DNA from: a virus
Reading direction: 5' to 3' (one strand)
Virus record (IMG/VR): IMGVR_UViG_3300033752_000289
Length of the DNA stretch: 64,000 nucleotides
Shown here in pieces: positions 8,938-18,052 of the stretch. A model generated the notes under the pieces. That model made no database searches. It was not told the DNA's origin and was given only the letters and a program-made list of their open reading frames with translations. A program made the position numbers and the translations under genes. Position 1 is the stretch's first letter. Each line of letters opens with the position of its first letter.

Positions 8938-8956
8938 GGCGGGTGAGCGACCCGCC
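8938..8956 (+). promoter_or_regulatory. PH element copy
   Basis: ggcgggtgagcgacccgcc, then GGGAGGA and the ATG at 8978. Confidence 0.65.
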
Positions 8957-8977
8957 CCAAAAGGGAGGAACCGCCCT

Positions 8978-10246
8978 ATGACGAGCACTGTGGGCGCTTC
9001 GGCGCCTGCTGATCTCTCCCCGGAGGTGCTCCGGGCCCGGGAGTTCGTGGCCGCTGGCCGGGCGAATGACCCGGACACGGCCGTCTGCGTCTGCGGGGCA
9101 ACCAGACCGGACCACTCGACCGCGGCCTGCTCCGAGTTCCGCGTCGATCCGGCGTGGGAATTGGCCCGGCGCGCTGCCGCGGCGGACGAGAGCGACCCGC
9201 TCGCGGACATCGCCGCCCACTCCGAGATCCAGCGCGCCGGACGGCTCGGTAACGGCTGGGGGGTCGGCCCGTCCGACTACGGCACGTGCCGCCGGGCCAT
9301 CGAGTACCGGGAGCGGCCGCCGGCCGGCTACGAGCCCCTGCCGGAGGACACCCGCAAGGCCGACCTCGGCACCGCGTTCCACACCGGGCTGACCGCGGCC
9401 CGCCGCGCCCTGTACCCGTGGCGGATGTACGGGATGCAGGTCTACCTGCGGGGCCTGGATCGGCCCGGCGAGATCGACGAGTACGACCCGGTGACCGGGA
9501 CGGTCACCGACTGGAAGACGGCCGGCGACTGGACGTGGGACCGGGTGCGCACCGGGCCTCGGCCGGACCACAAGGGGCAGGTCCAGATCTACGCGATCGC
9601 GCTGCACCGCCAGGGCTACGAGGTTCGTCGGTGCCGCATCCTGTACGTCCACCGGGCGACCGGCGCGGCCGAGTACTTCGAGTGGGACTTCGACCCCGCC
9701 GACGACGAGCCGGTTCGCTGGCTCATGAACGTGCTCACGATGCTCGACTTGGGCATCGAGCTGCCCCGTGACCGTAGCGGCCCGTCGACCGACCCGATCT
9801 GCCGTCGGTGCCCGGCCCGAGCGCACTGCTGGAACATCCCTGAAGCCCTCGTGGCCGACCGCTCCCCCGAGTCGTACACGCTGCTCGGCCCCGACCCGGA
9901 CGACCCAACGATCGCGTGGGCCGCCCGGCGGCTGTACGAGGCCAACGAGGCGTACAAGGCCGCTGAGGCGGCGCGCGAGCAGGCGAAGGCCCTGCTGCAA
10001 GGCGTGCGGCCCGGCGTCGTCAACGACGGACAAGGGCCGCTCGAGATCTACCGGGGCGTGAGCTACGGCCGCCCCGACTACCGCGGCGCCTACGAGCGGG
10101 CGCTCGAGCTGATGCGACTTCCCGAGCACCTGCGCCCGGCAGAGCTGCCGCCACCGCGCAAGGCGCCGAACACCTACTACACGCAGGTCCGCCCGGCGCG
10201 GGCCGGCAAGAAGCCCCCCCGCAAGAACGGAAGGAGTACTCGGTGA
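8978..10246 (+). CDS. PD-(D/E)XK exonuclease, Cas4/RecB-like with a CxxCx5C cluster
   Basis: GTAFHTG, EIDEYD..VTDWKT, QVQIYAIAL and the C-terminal CRRCPARAHC. Logical partner of RecT. Confidence 0.75.
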   Translation: MTSTVGASAPADLSPEVLRAREFVAAGRANDPDTAVCVCGATRPDHSTAACSEFRVDPAWELARRAAAADESDPLADIAAHSEIQRAGRLGNGWGVGPSDYGTCRRAIEYRERPPAGYEPLPEDTRKADLGTAFHTGLTAARRALYPWRMYGMQVYLRGLDRPGEIDEYDPVTGTVTDWKTAGDWTWDRVRTGPRPDHKGQVQIYAIALHRQGYEVRRCRILYVHRATGAAEYFEWDFDPADDEPVRWLMNVLTMLDLGIELPRDRSGPSTDPICRRCPARAHCWNIPEALVADRSPESYTLLGPDPDDPTIAWAARRLYEANEAYKAAEAAREQAKALLQGVRPGVVNDGQGPLEIYRGVSYGRPDYRGAYERALELMRLPEHLRPAELPPPRKAPNTYYTQVRPARAGKKPPRKNGRSTR

Positions 10247-10752
10247 CGAAGACCCTCAACGCGGCCGAGGTCGAGCTGATCGAGGCCGGCATCATGCTCC
10301 CGGACGGCCGCACAGGAGAGTGGGCGGACCGGGCGTCGTGCAAGGAGACCGATCCCGAGGCGTTCTTCCCCGAGAAGGGCGGCTCGACCCGCGAGGCGAA
10401 GCGGGTCTGCGCCCGGTGTGAGGTCAAGGCCGAGTGCCTCAAGTACGCGCTGGGCACCCGGCAGCCGTACGGGATCTGGGGCGGCCTCTCCGAGCGGGAG
10501 CGTCGGAAGCTGCGGAACAAGCTGTCTTCGGCCAACGATGCCCAGCGGAGCCCGGTGACCGTCGGCGGCGTGTCCATCGACCCGGGTCGCATTCACCCGG
10601 ATCGGGTCGCTCAGGTCGTGCACCTTCGGAGCAACGGCCACCCCGTCGATGAGGTCGTGCGCGAGACCGGCGTCTCGCCCCGGCAGATCCGCCGGGTCGT
10701 CGCCAACTGGGAAGAGGCGCGCCGGCAGTCCAGCGACGCGACCGCGGCATGA
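10243..10752 (+). CDS. whiB: WhiB-family transcription factor with a C-terminal HTH-like extension
   Basis: C-x..-CxxC-x5-C (CKETD..CARCEVKAEC) followed by GIWGG. Confidence 0.85.
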   Translation: MTKTLNAAEVELIEAGIMLPDGRTGEWADRASCKETDPEAFFPEKGGSTREAKRVCARCEVKAECLKYALGTRQPYGIWGGLSERERRKLRNKLSSANDAQRSPVTVGGVSIDPGRIHPDRVAQVVHLRSNGHPVDEVVRETGVSPRQIRRVVANWEEARRQSSDATAA

Positions 10753-10807
10753 CCGGCCGCTGCAGGGACGCGGCTAGGGCCGCGCGTCGCGGCCTGAATG
10801 ACACGTT

Positions 10808-10860
10808 CGTGATTCAGATTCCGACACGCCGGAGTGCATCCGTGATTCTGATTCAGACTC
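10808..10860 (+). repeat. direct repeats CGTGATTC(TGATTC)AGAYTC
   Basis: 10808-10821 and 10841-10860, just upstream of the RHH gene 10877. Confidence 0.5.
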
Positions 10861-10876
10861 CCGGTACAAGAGAGCC

Positions 10877-11104
10877 ATGGCTGGACGCAGACCAGGACGT
10901 GCCCCCAAGGGCGGCCGGCGCCTACCCGTTCGCTTCCCGGACGACCACGCGCGGCTCTACCAGGAGCAGGCTCGCAAGCTCGGCCTCTCGCTCAGTGACT
11001 ACATCGCGACGGTGGTCGCCCACGCCCACGGACTCCCCGCGCCGTGGCCGTCCGCGCCGGCGTCAGACGATCAGCCGGCGCTGGATCTCGCGTCCGCCGC
11101 ATAG
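10877..11104 (+). CDS. small ribbon-helix-helix-like DNA-binding protein
   Basis: RLPVRFPDDHARLYQEQARKLGLSLSDYI fits an RHH pattern. Direct repeats lie upstream. Confidence 0.5.
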   Translation: MAGRRPGRAPKGGRRLPVRFPDDHARLYQEQARKLGLSLSDYIATVVAHAHGLPAPWPSAPASDDQPALDLASAA

Positions 11105-11356
11105 CCCACAAAACAACGACGGTCGCGCTACCAGGCTTCCACACCTGCGCGACCGCCGCACCACACCTGACCGACGAGCCCCGTTGCGCGCTCGTCGAGA
11201 AAGGAACAACGTGGCCAGTATGCCACGCGCCGCTGCACCCTGCCCGCATTGGGTGGGCGTGTCGCGGTCGCGACGAGACGTTAGCCCGTCCGGGCGCGTA
11301 CACCACCGGGCCATGACCACTCCCCCGGTGGCCGCTCCAGCCTGGGCGGTGACGCC

Positions 11357-12364
11357 GTGAGCATCGAGGCCCTCACACACGTTCTTTCACTGAACGTCGG
11401 CGACTCTACCCGGAAGCTCGTGCTCATCGGCTACGCCAACCACGCCCACCGTGATGGCCGAAACGCATGGGCCTCCGTCGAGACCATCGCCAAGTACGCG
11501 AACTGCAGCACGCGGACGGTGCAGCGTCACGTTGCCCAGCTGGTGGCCGACGGCTTCATGCGCGAGGGCGACCAGACCCTCGTGGCTCATCTGCGGGGCG
11601 ACCGCCGGCCGATCGTCTACGACGTCGCTATGAGCGAGGAGCAGCGGCTCGCCTGGCAGGAGGCAGCGAAGTCGGGCACCGGGGTCCGTGCCGCAGCGGC
11701 TGAGCGTGGCCGTCGGCGGCGGGGTGACAATCTGACACCCGGTGGTGAGCAGCCGGTAGAACCGGGTGTCAATCTGTCACCCGGTCGAGGTGACAGTTTG
11801 ACACCTCGTGAACCGGAACGGGGTGACACCGGTGACGTGAACGGGGTGACACCGGTGACGCAACGGGGTGACATAGCTGTGTCACCCAAACCGTCAGTGA
11901 ACCGTCATCTAGAACCAGACGGTTCCCTCGCTTCGCTCGGGAACCGCGCGGACTCGGGTTCGACGGTTGTCCAGCCGACCCTCGACGGCACCACACCGCC
12001 ACCGCCCGAGCCGAAGGAGCCAACCGTCCGGGATCGAGCCTTCGGGATCGCGCGTGACTGGATTCAGCACCGCACCGACGCCGGCACGCCGCCGGTCATG
12101 CGGGGCGGGAACCCGCTTCACGCGATCGCGAAGCTCGTCGAGCCGGCGCTCGAGGCCGGATACAGCGACCTCGAGGTCAAGCACGCGCTGGCGCTGACAG
12201 ATACCTCGCTGCCGACAGCCCAACAGTTCGAGCGGGCACTGGCCGCGGTGCGGAACGGTGTGCGGGCGCACCCCACTAGGCCCGGGCGAACGGTGTCGTC
12301 GGTGAACGAGAAGTGGGATCGATTCGCTGCCCAGCAGCGGGCGGCGTCTGGAGGTGGAGCATGA
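11357..12364 (+). CDS. replication initiator-like winged-HTH protein carrying internal iterons
   Basis: N-terminal LVLIGYANHAHRDG..ASVETIAKYANCSTRTVQRHVAQLVADGF. GGTGACA repeats inside the gene. A loader gene follows. Confidence 0.65.
   Translation: MSIEALTHVLSLNVGDSTRKLVLIGYANHAHRDGRNAWASVETIAKYANCSTRTVQRHVAQLVADGFMREGDQTLVAHLRGDRRPIVYDVAMSEEQRLAWQEAAKSGTGVRAAAAERGRRRRGDNLTPGGEQPVEPGVNLSPGRGDSLTPREPERGDTGDVNGVTPVTQRGDIAVSPKPSVNRHLEPDGSLASLGNRADSGSTVVQPTLDGTTPPPPEPKEPTVRDRAFGIARDWIQHRTDAGTPPVMRGGNPLHAIAKLVEPALEAGYSDLEVKHALALTDTSLPTAQQFERALAAVRNGVRAHPTRPGRTVSSVNEKWDRFAAQQRAASGGGA
11723..11886 (+). repeat. iteron cluster (six units built from GGTGACA/TGTCACC), candidate origin
   Basis: Units at 11723-11739, 11765-11781, 11789-11805, 11822-11836, 11845-11859 and 11867-11886, all inside the initiator gene. 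Confidence 0.6.
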
Positions 12365-13185
12365 GCCAGGAGGGCGTCGTCGGGGCCGCCAGCGTGGCCA
12401 CGGCTGACCGTACGGATAGCGGCTGGGGTGCGCTGCTGGCCGGGCTGATCCGGCGGGTCCCAGAGTCGCTGCGCGACCGGTTCGGCACCGAGGTGGAGCG
12501 GGGCCGGGCGGCGGCCGCGGCCGGCACGGTCGTCCACGACGCCGACGCCGAGCAGGCGCGCGTCGAGATCGCGGAGCGGCAGGCGCAGATCCGCGCGGCC
12601 GCGCTGGACGCGGCGATACCGCCAGGGCGGGAAGCGGCCCGTGCAGGGCTCGCTGCACTCGACCCTGACCAGCACCCGGACGGGCTCGCCCGGTGGCTGG
12701 CCGATCCGCACGCGCTCATGTTGGTCCTCGCTGGCCGCACCGGGGCTGGGAAGAGCTTCGCCGCGCTGGCCCTGGCCGCTGAGGCGGCGCTCCGAGGCGC
12801 CGCTGTCGAGTTTGCTCGCCGCCGGCCGCTGCTCGTGCGCAGGTGGACGGTCGACGGCTACCTGTCGGCCCTGCGGCCGGACGGCTCCCCCGAACCAGGC
12901 TGGCTCATCCGGCACCGGGCGTCCACCGCTGAACTGCTCATCCTCGACGACCTCGGTGCCGGCCTCGACGGACCCGCTTCCGAGCATGCCCGGCGGGAGC
13001 TGACCGAGCTGCTCTCTGGCCGGCTCGAGGCGGGCCGGCGCACCGTCGTGACCACGAACCTGCAGTCCGCCGAGGTACGGGCCATGTACGGGGATCAGGT
13101 CCTCTCCCGGCTCACGGAATGCGCCACTGCGCTGCTGTTCCTCGGGTCCGACCGGCGTCAGGCCGGACGGGACCTCGGCTGGTGA
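12361..13185 (+). CDS. DnaC/IstB-like AAA+ helicase loader
   Basis: Walker A GRTGAGKS and Walker B LLILDDLG. ATGA overlap with the initiator gene. Confidence 0.75.
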   Translation: MSQEGVVGAASVATADRTDSGWGALLAGLIRRVPESLRDRFGTEVERGRAAAAAGTVVHDADAEQARVEIAERQAQIRAAALDAAIPPGREAARAGLAALDPDQHPDGLARWLADPHALMLVLAGRTGAGKSFAALALAAEAALRGAAVEFARRRPLLVRRWTVDGYLSALRPDGSPEPGWLIRHRASTAELLILDDLGAGLDGPASEHARRELTELLSGRLEAGRRTVVTTNLQSAEVRAMYGDQVLSRLTECATALLFLGSDRRQAGRDLGW

Positions 13186-13217
13186 CTTCCATCCACAGGT
13201 ATCGAAAGGAGAGTTTT

Positions 13218-13613
13218 GTGGAGACAGAGACCCAGGCGCACGTGCGGCTTCTCGAGAGCGTCAGATCCCTGACGCTCGGGTACCTGTTCACCGCGGCCTC
13301 ACGCATCTTCGTCGAAGCGCAGCCGGCCGGGCTCACCATGACCTTCCTCGTGGCGGCCGCGGCTCTGATCGTGTTCCGGTCCCTGGTGGGGACCCGGCCG
13401 CTCCGAAAGATCAAGTTCTTTGTCGTCTTCAATCGCGTCCACGCCTGGATCGCGGCCCTCGCTTCCACCGTCGTGTTCACCGGCACCTGGCTGATCTTGG
13501 ACGACCTCAGGAGTGCGGTGTTGTGGCTGCCGCTCGCCGTTGGCGGCTGGATGGCGGTCGGCATGCTGTGGCCCGTTTCGAAGTCCAACCAGGTCGTGGC
13601 TGACCAGTCCTGA
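13218..13613 (+). CDS. membrane protein (4 predicted TM)
   Basis: GTG start after AAAGGAGAG, within ORF 13119..13613. Hydrophobic throughout. Confidence 0.5.
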   Translation: METETQAHVRLLESVRSLTLGYLFTAASRIFVEAQPAGLTMTFLVAAAALIVFRSLVGTRPLRKIKFFVVFNRVHAWIAALASTVVFTGTWLILDDLRSAVLWLPLAVGGWMAVGMLWPVSKSNQVVADQS

Positions 13614-13631
13614 GCGATGACTGGAGAACCT

Positions 13632-13796
13632 GTGATTGATTCCGTCGAGCGGGTCCGGCGCGCAATCGCCGACCACCGGCCGGTCACCCGCACCCCGGCC
13701 CGTGAAGGCCACAACGGGATCGAGCCGACCGGCCCCACCCAGGTCGAATGCTCGTGCGGCGCCGGCCTCCGGCGAACCCGGGAAGCCAGGACGTAA
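13632..13796 (+). CDS. small hypothetical protein (54 aa)
   Basis: My own translation is VIDSVERVRRAIADHRPVTRTPAREGHNGIEPTGPTQVECSCGAGLRRTREART. GGAGA lies upstream and third-position GC is high. Below the track cutoff. Confidence 0.4.
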   Translation: MIDSVERVRRAIADHRPVTRTPAREGHNGIEPTGPTQVECSCGAGLRRTREART

Positions 13797-13849
13797 CCCG
13801 CCACCCGCCGCTACGGTCCGCCCCGACGTCATCCCCGGAAGGGACCACC

Positions 13850-14362
13850 ATGTCGCTCCAGGACCTCACCCTCACCGTCCAGGCCCGCGCCAACGTCGCC
13901 CAGGCCCCCACCAACGCCCTCACCCTCACCGGCGTCCTCAACTTCTCCCGCGGCCTCAGCTACCGGCCCGGCGCCGGCGCCGGCCAGGCCGACCGCCTCT
14001 ACCACGAGAAGCTCACCGTCCCCGGCTCGGGCAACCTTGACCTCGACCTCACCGGCGGCAGCCTCAAGGACGTCGACGGCAACACCCTCACCCTCGCCCG
14101 CGTCAAGGGCCTCATCGTCGTCGCCGACGCCGCGAACGAGCACAACATCGTCGTCGGCGGAGCCGACAGCAACGCCTGGGTCGGCCCCTTCGGCGCCGAC
14201 ACCGACACCATCGAGGTCCAGCCCGACGGCCAGCTGTCCTTCTGGACCCCCAGCGAGACCGGCTGGCCCGTCACCGCCGGCACCGGCGACATCCTCCGCC
14301 TCGCCAACGCCGGCGCCAACGACGTGGTGTGCGAGGTCCTGATCGTCGGGTCCGCGGCGTGA
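13850..14362 (+). CDS. hypothetical beta-rich protein (170 aa)
   Basis: Internal ATG of ORF 13748..14362, preceded by GGAAGGGA. Confidence 0.55.
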   Translation: MSLQDLTLTVQARANVAQAPTNALTLTGVLNFSRGLSYRPGAGAGQADRLYHEKLTVPGSGNLDLDLTGGSLKDVDGNTLTLARVKGLIVVADAANEHNIVVGGADSNAWVGPFGADTDTIEVQPDGQLSFWTPSETGWPVTAGTGDILRLANAGANDVVCEVLIVGSAA

Positions 14363-14571
14363 CCGAGACGACCGTCACCGGCGAGCCGGCCCGCAAGCCG
14401 TACCTCGTCCTCTGCCAGCCCAGCCTCAAGGCTCGCGTCGAGGCGGTCGTGTCGGACGCGGGCCTGGCCGACCAGTACGAGGTCGTGTCCAGCGCCTTCG
14501 TCCCCGACGGCCAGGTCGTCGTCGTCAACGAGGACGCGGTTGGGCGCCGGCGCGAGCCCGGAGTCGGGTAA
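14359..14571 (+). CDS. hypothetical protein (70 aa)
   Basis: GTGA start/stop overlap with the previous gene. Confidence 0.5.
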   Translation: MTETTVTGEPARKPYLVLCQPSLKARVEAVVSDAGLADQYEVVSSAFVPDGQVVVVNEDAVGRRREPGVG

Positions 14572-14624
14572 GCGTGTCCCCGGCTGTCTGGCCGATTCGC
14601 GCGAGACACTATCCACGACCGCGC

Positions 14625-14640
14625 TACGTCATCTGACGTA
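14625..14640. promoter_or_regulatory. palindrome TACGTCAtcTGACGTA
   Basis: In the intergenic region upstream of the PH copy at 14695. Confidence 0.35.
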
Positions 14641-14694
14641 AGGCCGGCGGGTTCGGCACCCTGTGCCGGTGCCCGCCACCACATCCCTGCATCA

Positions 14695-14711
14695 CCGGGT
14701 GAGCGACCCGG
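14695..14711 (+). promoter_or_regulatory. PH element copy
   Basis: ccgggtgagcgacccgg, then GGAAGGAAGG and the ATG at 14723. Confidence 0.65.
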
Positions 14712-14722
14712 AAGGAAGGCTG

Positions 14723-15130
14723 ATGGAATCGGGCAAATACCCCCGCCCACTACCTGTGGGTGTGGGGCGGGTTCAGCGTCGCCGTGTCTGTGATTGGCGG
14801 GCCCCGAGCGGGGCTGTCTACGTTGGGCGGCCTACCCGGTGGGCGAACCCGTACTGGGTGCTGTCGGCCGGCCGTGGGGTTTGGGCGGTTGAGGGCCGCG
14901 GCAGTCGGCTTGCGCAGTTCGACACTCGGGAGGCGGCGCATCGGGACGCGGTGGACCGCTACCGGGTTGCGCTGCTCGAGGGGCACCCCGATGTGCCGAC
15001 GGTCGACGAGGTACGCCGGCAGCTGGCCGGCCGGGTGTTGATGTGCTGGTGCCCGCTCGAGCTGCCCTGCCATGCCGACGTGCTCCTCGCGGTGGCCGCC
15101 GGCGCGGACCTCGAGGACGGTGCGCGGTGA
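14723..15130 (+). CDS. DUF4326-like protein
   Basis: VYVGRPTRWANPY...LMCWCPLELPCHADVLL is the DUF4326 signature as I recall it. PH element and SD upstream. Confidence 0.65.
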   Translation: MESGKYPRPLPVGVGRVQRRRVCDWRAPSGAVYVGRPTRWANPYWVLSAGRGVWAVEGRGSRLAQFDTREAAHRDAVDRYRVALLEGHPDVPTVDEVRRQLAGRVLMCWCPLELPCHADVLLAVAAGADLEDGAR

Positions 15131-15642
15131 GCGCGGCGTGCCCGGCGTGCGGCGGGCTGCTCGCGTTCGACGCCGACGGCGACCTCGTGTGCCGGTGTGC
15201 GACCGACGGTGGCGCCGGCCGGGCGGCGTGGGACCACATCCTCGCGATGCTCATGGCGCGCGCCGGCGGCGCGTGCGAGGCGCGCACCCCCGAGTGCATC
15301 GCCGACCCGCGCACCGGGTCGCTCGACGCGCTACCGCGCCACAAGGTGTCGATCCACCACCGTCAGCCGCGCGGCATGGGCGGCACCCGGCGAGCGCACG
15401 TCCACGCGCTGCCCAACCTGCTGCTCATCTGCGGCCACGGCACCATCGGCTGCCACCACTACATCGAGCAGCACCGGACCTGGGCTGAGGACCACGGCTA
15501 CCTCGTGCCCCACGGCAGCCTGCGGCACCCCATCGACCCGGCCGACGTCCCCGTCGTCCTCTGGTCCGGTCGGGAAGTCCTGCTCGACCCATCCGGCCTG
15601 TACGTTGCCACCGGCCGGTGGGTATTCAAGGCCGCAGCCTGA
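15127..15642 (+). CDS. HNH endonuclease
   Basis: SIHHRQPRGMGG...NLLLICGHGTIGCHHYIE. GTGA overlap with the previous gene. Confidence 0.7.
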   Translation: MSAACPACGGLLAFDADGDLVCRCATDGGAGRAAWDHILAMLMARAGGACEARTPECIADPRTGSLDALPRHKVSIHHRQPRGMGGTRRAHVHALPNLLLICGHGTIGCHHYIEQHRTWAEDHGYLVPHGSLRHPIDPADVPVVLWSGREVLLDPSGLYVATGRWVFKAAA

Positions 15643-15659
15643 CGTGTACGATAACTGTG

Positions 15660-15678
15660 TGCGGGTGAGCGACCCGCA
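15660..15678 (+). promoter_or_regulatory. PH element copy
   Basis: tgcgggtgagcgacccgca. TACGAT at 15647-15652. The next start (15761) is unusually far away. Confidence 0.6.
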
Positions 15679-15760
15679 GCCACCACGTGTACGTTCCCCA
15701 ATGACGAAAGCCCCGGCGGCGCTTCGTGGCCGGATGCGCCACCGGGGATAAGGAGGTTCC

Positions 15761-16225
15761 ATGGCACAGACTAGCCTGCATCGCGTCGAATGGGTCACGC
15801 CGGACCAGTGGCAAGCCCGGTTCCGGCCGGCCTACACCACACCGCCCTGGCCGGAGGGTGTCACCGCGGTCAGCCGCGCCCGGTACACCCTCACCGATCA
15901 CTTGGCCGAGTCCTTGCGATTGTCGAGGGCCGCTTGCTGGGAACTCGTCGTCGTGGAGGACCCGGGGTTCGGTGCTCCTTGGTGGGGATCTCGCATCCAG
16001 TCCCGCCAGGTGTCCGCGGTCGCTCCTGGACCGGACGGCTCCGCCCGTCAGGAAGTGGTCCTCGACTACGAGGAGCTCATCGAGATCGACGGCCGGCTGT
16101 ACGAGCTGATCGCAGCGCCTGATCCGGTGCCGGCCTACAGCGCGCTCGCGGTCAGACCGCTCGGAGAATCGCGCGAGCGCGACTGGCGCCGCCGGTACGC
16201 CCACCTCTTCTCCACCGAGAGCTGA
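15761..16225 (+). CDS. hypothetical protein
   Basis: 154-aa ORF. AAGGAGG lies 5 nt upstream of the ATG. Confidence 0.6.
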   Translation: MAQTSLHRVEWVTPDQWQARFRPAYTTPPWPEGVTAVSRARYTLTDHLAESLRLSRAACWELVVVEDPGFGAPWWGSRIQSRQVSAVAPGPDGSARQEVVLDYEELIEIDGRLYELIAAPDPVPAYSALAVRPLGESRERDWRRRYAHLFSTES

Positions 16226-16270
16226 TTCCGCAATGGTGCTCATGGCGCCGAGCCGCAAAGATGTGCGGCT

Positions 16271-16759
16271 GTGACCACATCGGCATCCGCGCGCGCCGCC
16301 CGGAACCGCTCCGGCGTCGCGCGCGCGTTCCGGGACCCGCGCGTCACGCGCGCGGTCAAGCTCTACCGCGCCGGCGCGACGGCGCGCGCGGTCGCCGCGC
16401 AGCTGGGCGTCCACGAATCGACCGTGCGCGACTGGCTCGAGCGCGCCGGCGTCGCGCGCCGACCGCGCGGGGTGCGGCCCGCCGAAGAGGCCCCTGACCG
16501 GCGAAGACGGCACCTCACCGACGCGGAAGCGGCGCGGCTCCGCCGCCTCTACGAAGCGCGGCCCGAGCTGCCGTTCGTCCGCACCAGCAACGGTCAACCC
16601 GGGCGCGCCACCGCCGGTCGGGGCGGCCGCCACCTCCGCGACTACCTACGGAAGCTGAACGCCTCCGGCGTACCATGGGTCGAGCTCGGACAAGCGCTCG
16701 GACTGACCAAGTGGGGGGTCCAGAACATCGTTCGCCGGGCAGGCGGCAGGACGTACTAA
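16271..16759 (+). CDS. HTH DNA-binding protein
   Basis: AVKLYRAGATARAVAAQLGVHESTVRDWLERAG. A second HTH-like segment sits near the C-terminus. Confidence 0.6.
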   Translation: MTTSASARAARNRSGVARAFRDPRVTRAVKLYRAGATARAVAAQLGVHESTVRDWLERAGVARRPRGVRPAEEAPDRRRRHLTDAEAARLRRLYEARPELPFVRTSNGQPGRATAGRGGRHLRDYLRKLNASGVPWVELGQALGLTKWGVQNIVRRAGGRTY

Positions 16760-16769
16760 CATAGATGTG

Positions 16770-16788
16770 TGCGGGCGAGCGACCCGCA
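16770..16788 (+). promoter_or_regulatory. PH element copy
   Basis: tgcgggcgagcgacccgca. TAACAT at 16757-16762. GTG at 16804. Confidence 0.7.
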
Positions 16789-16803
16789 CAGGAAGGGGGC
16801 ACC

Positions 16804-17424
16804 GTGCAAGACTCACTGGACGGACGCCGGAAGTACCTGCGCCAGCTGATGTACAGGTGCTACGGCGATACCCACGAGCGGTGGGATCTGGCCCAAGCTC
16901 GGTTGGAAAGCATCACAACCGCGGAAGAGGTCGAAGACCATATCCGAGTCCTGGAGGCAGCGGGATTCGGTGACCCAAGATTTGTACGATCCCGAAAGGG
17001 ATGGGTCATTCAGGGCATGGCGGAAGAAATCCGCCCGGATCGGCAGATGTTCGCCGTCCTGCCTGATGGCAGCAGCGCAGCCATCAAGATCATCTCGGTG
17101 GGCAAGGCGTGGCGCCCCAACGAGCACGTCACCCCCCAGAGGTACGGCTACATAGAGCCGTTCCCGAAATGCCACCACGTGACCTGGGCGCTCGAGAAGG
17201 CCCAGGGCGGCGGGAAGGTCGAGTTCGCCCCGCCCGAGGACCCACGGGCGAAAGCGAACCAGAAGGCCACACCCGCCCAGGTCGATGAGGCAGAGCGCCT
17301 CGTTCGTGCCCGATGGCACGACAGCGACATCGGCCAAGGCTTCCACCCTCCCGCCCGTCACGAGCTCGAGCGAATGACCCAGTGGGAGATCGGGATGCTC
17401 ATCAGGGAGCTCAGGGGCCAGTAG
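16804..17424 (+). CDS. hypothetical protein
   Basis: GTG start 15 nt after the PH hairpin. The upstream part of ORF 16765.. merely translates the repeat. Confidence 0.6.
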   Translation: MQDSLDGRRKYLRQLMYRCYGDTHERWDLAQARLESITTAEEVEDHIRVLEAAGFGDPRFVRSRKGWVIQGMAEEIRPDRQMFAVLPDGSSAAIKIISVGKAWRPNEHVTPQRYGYIEPFPKCHHVTWALEKAQGGGKVEFAPPEDPRAKANQKATPAQVDEAERLVRARWHDSDIGQGFHPPARHELERMTQWEIGMLIRELRGQ

Positions 17425-17432
17425 CGGAGCCA

Positions 17433-17474
17433 AAGACTGTGGGCCTCGACCGTCCGGTCGAGGCCCACAGTCTT
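17433..17474. terminator. bidirectional terminator, 19-bp perfect stem
   Basis: aagactgtgggcctcgacc gtcc ggtcgaggcccacagtctt, between convergent genes. Confidence 0.7.
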
Positions 17475-18052
17475 CACGCCGTCTGCGCCGCGGCCTTGAG
17501 CGCAGGCCCGAGCAACTCCCCGAGGGTGACCCGCTGGTCGTCCGCGAGCTCCATGAGGGCGAGCACCTCGTCCGGGTGTGCGTTGAAGATCGTAATGAGG
17601 GCCTGGTTGACCCGCGACATGTCCACACCCCGGGCGAAGGTCTGCTGCTTGAACGCCCAGTGCTCGCCTGGCGGCAGGTAGACCTGCAGCGGCTTGCGTG
17701 ACTCCCCGAAGGACGCCGGCATGTCCGGCACCCCCGGATACCCGCTCCGGGCCCGGGCCCGGAGCGTTGCCCGCCGGCTCGTCGACCGTGGTTGCACGGC
17801 CAACGGCCGGGTCGGCTCCGGGTCAACTGCGGCCGGGCGCTCCTCGCGAGCTGCCGGTCTCGGCTCGGGCTCGACGGCCGGCGGCGGGTCAGCCGGGGGC
17901 TCCTTGGGAGGGGCCGGCACCACCGCGTGTGTTCCGGTGGCCTCCTGCATCACCGAGTCCAGCACGGCACTGCCGGTAGTTGGTCGGCCGAAGGCTCCCA
18001 TCCCACCAGGGACGGGAACTGTGGGCGACGGCCGCGCCGGCTTGGTCGCCAT
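17474..18052 (-). CDS. ParA partner protein (putative centromere-binding adaptor, no recognised ParB fold)
   Basis: Start overlaps the parA stop (TGATG). Pro-rich N-terminus and a helical C-terminal domain. Confidence 0.5.
   Translation of the reverse strand: MATKPARPSPTVPVPGGMGAFGRPTTGSAVLDSVMQEATGTHAVVPAPPKEPPADPPPAVEPEPRPAAREERPAAVDPEPTRPLAVQPRSTSRRATLRARARSGYPGVPDMPASFGESRKPLQVYLPPGEHWAFKQQTFARGVDMSRVNQALITIFNAHPDEVLALMELADDQRVTLGELLGPALKAAAQTA

Noticed and set aside
16765-16803. Recurrent N-terminal peptide MCAGERPAQEG / VRVSDPHG in many ORFs of the track (16765, 31027, 31552, 41417, 42543, 48554, 49264, 50218, 52473, 53050, 56127, 56675).
   Set aside because: It is simply the PH element translated in two frames. 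The real starts are the ATG or GTG that follow the SD downstream of the hairpin.
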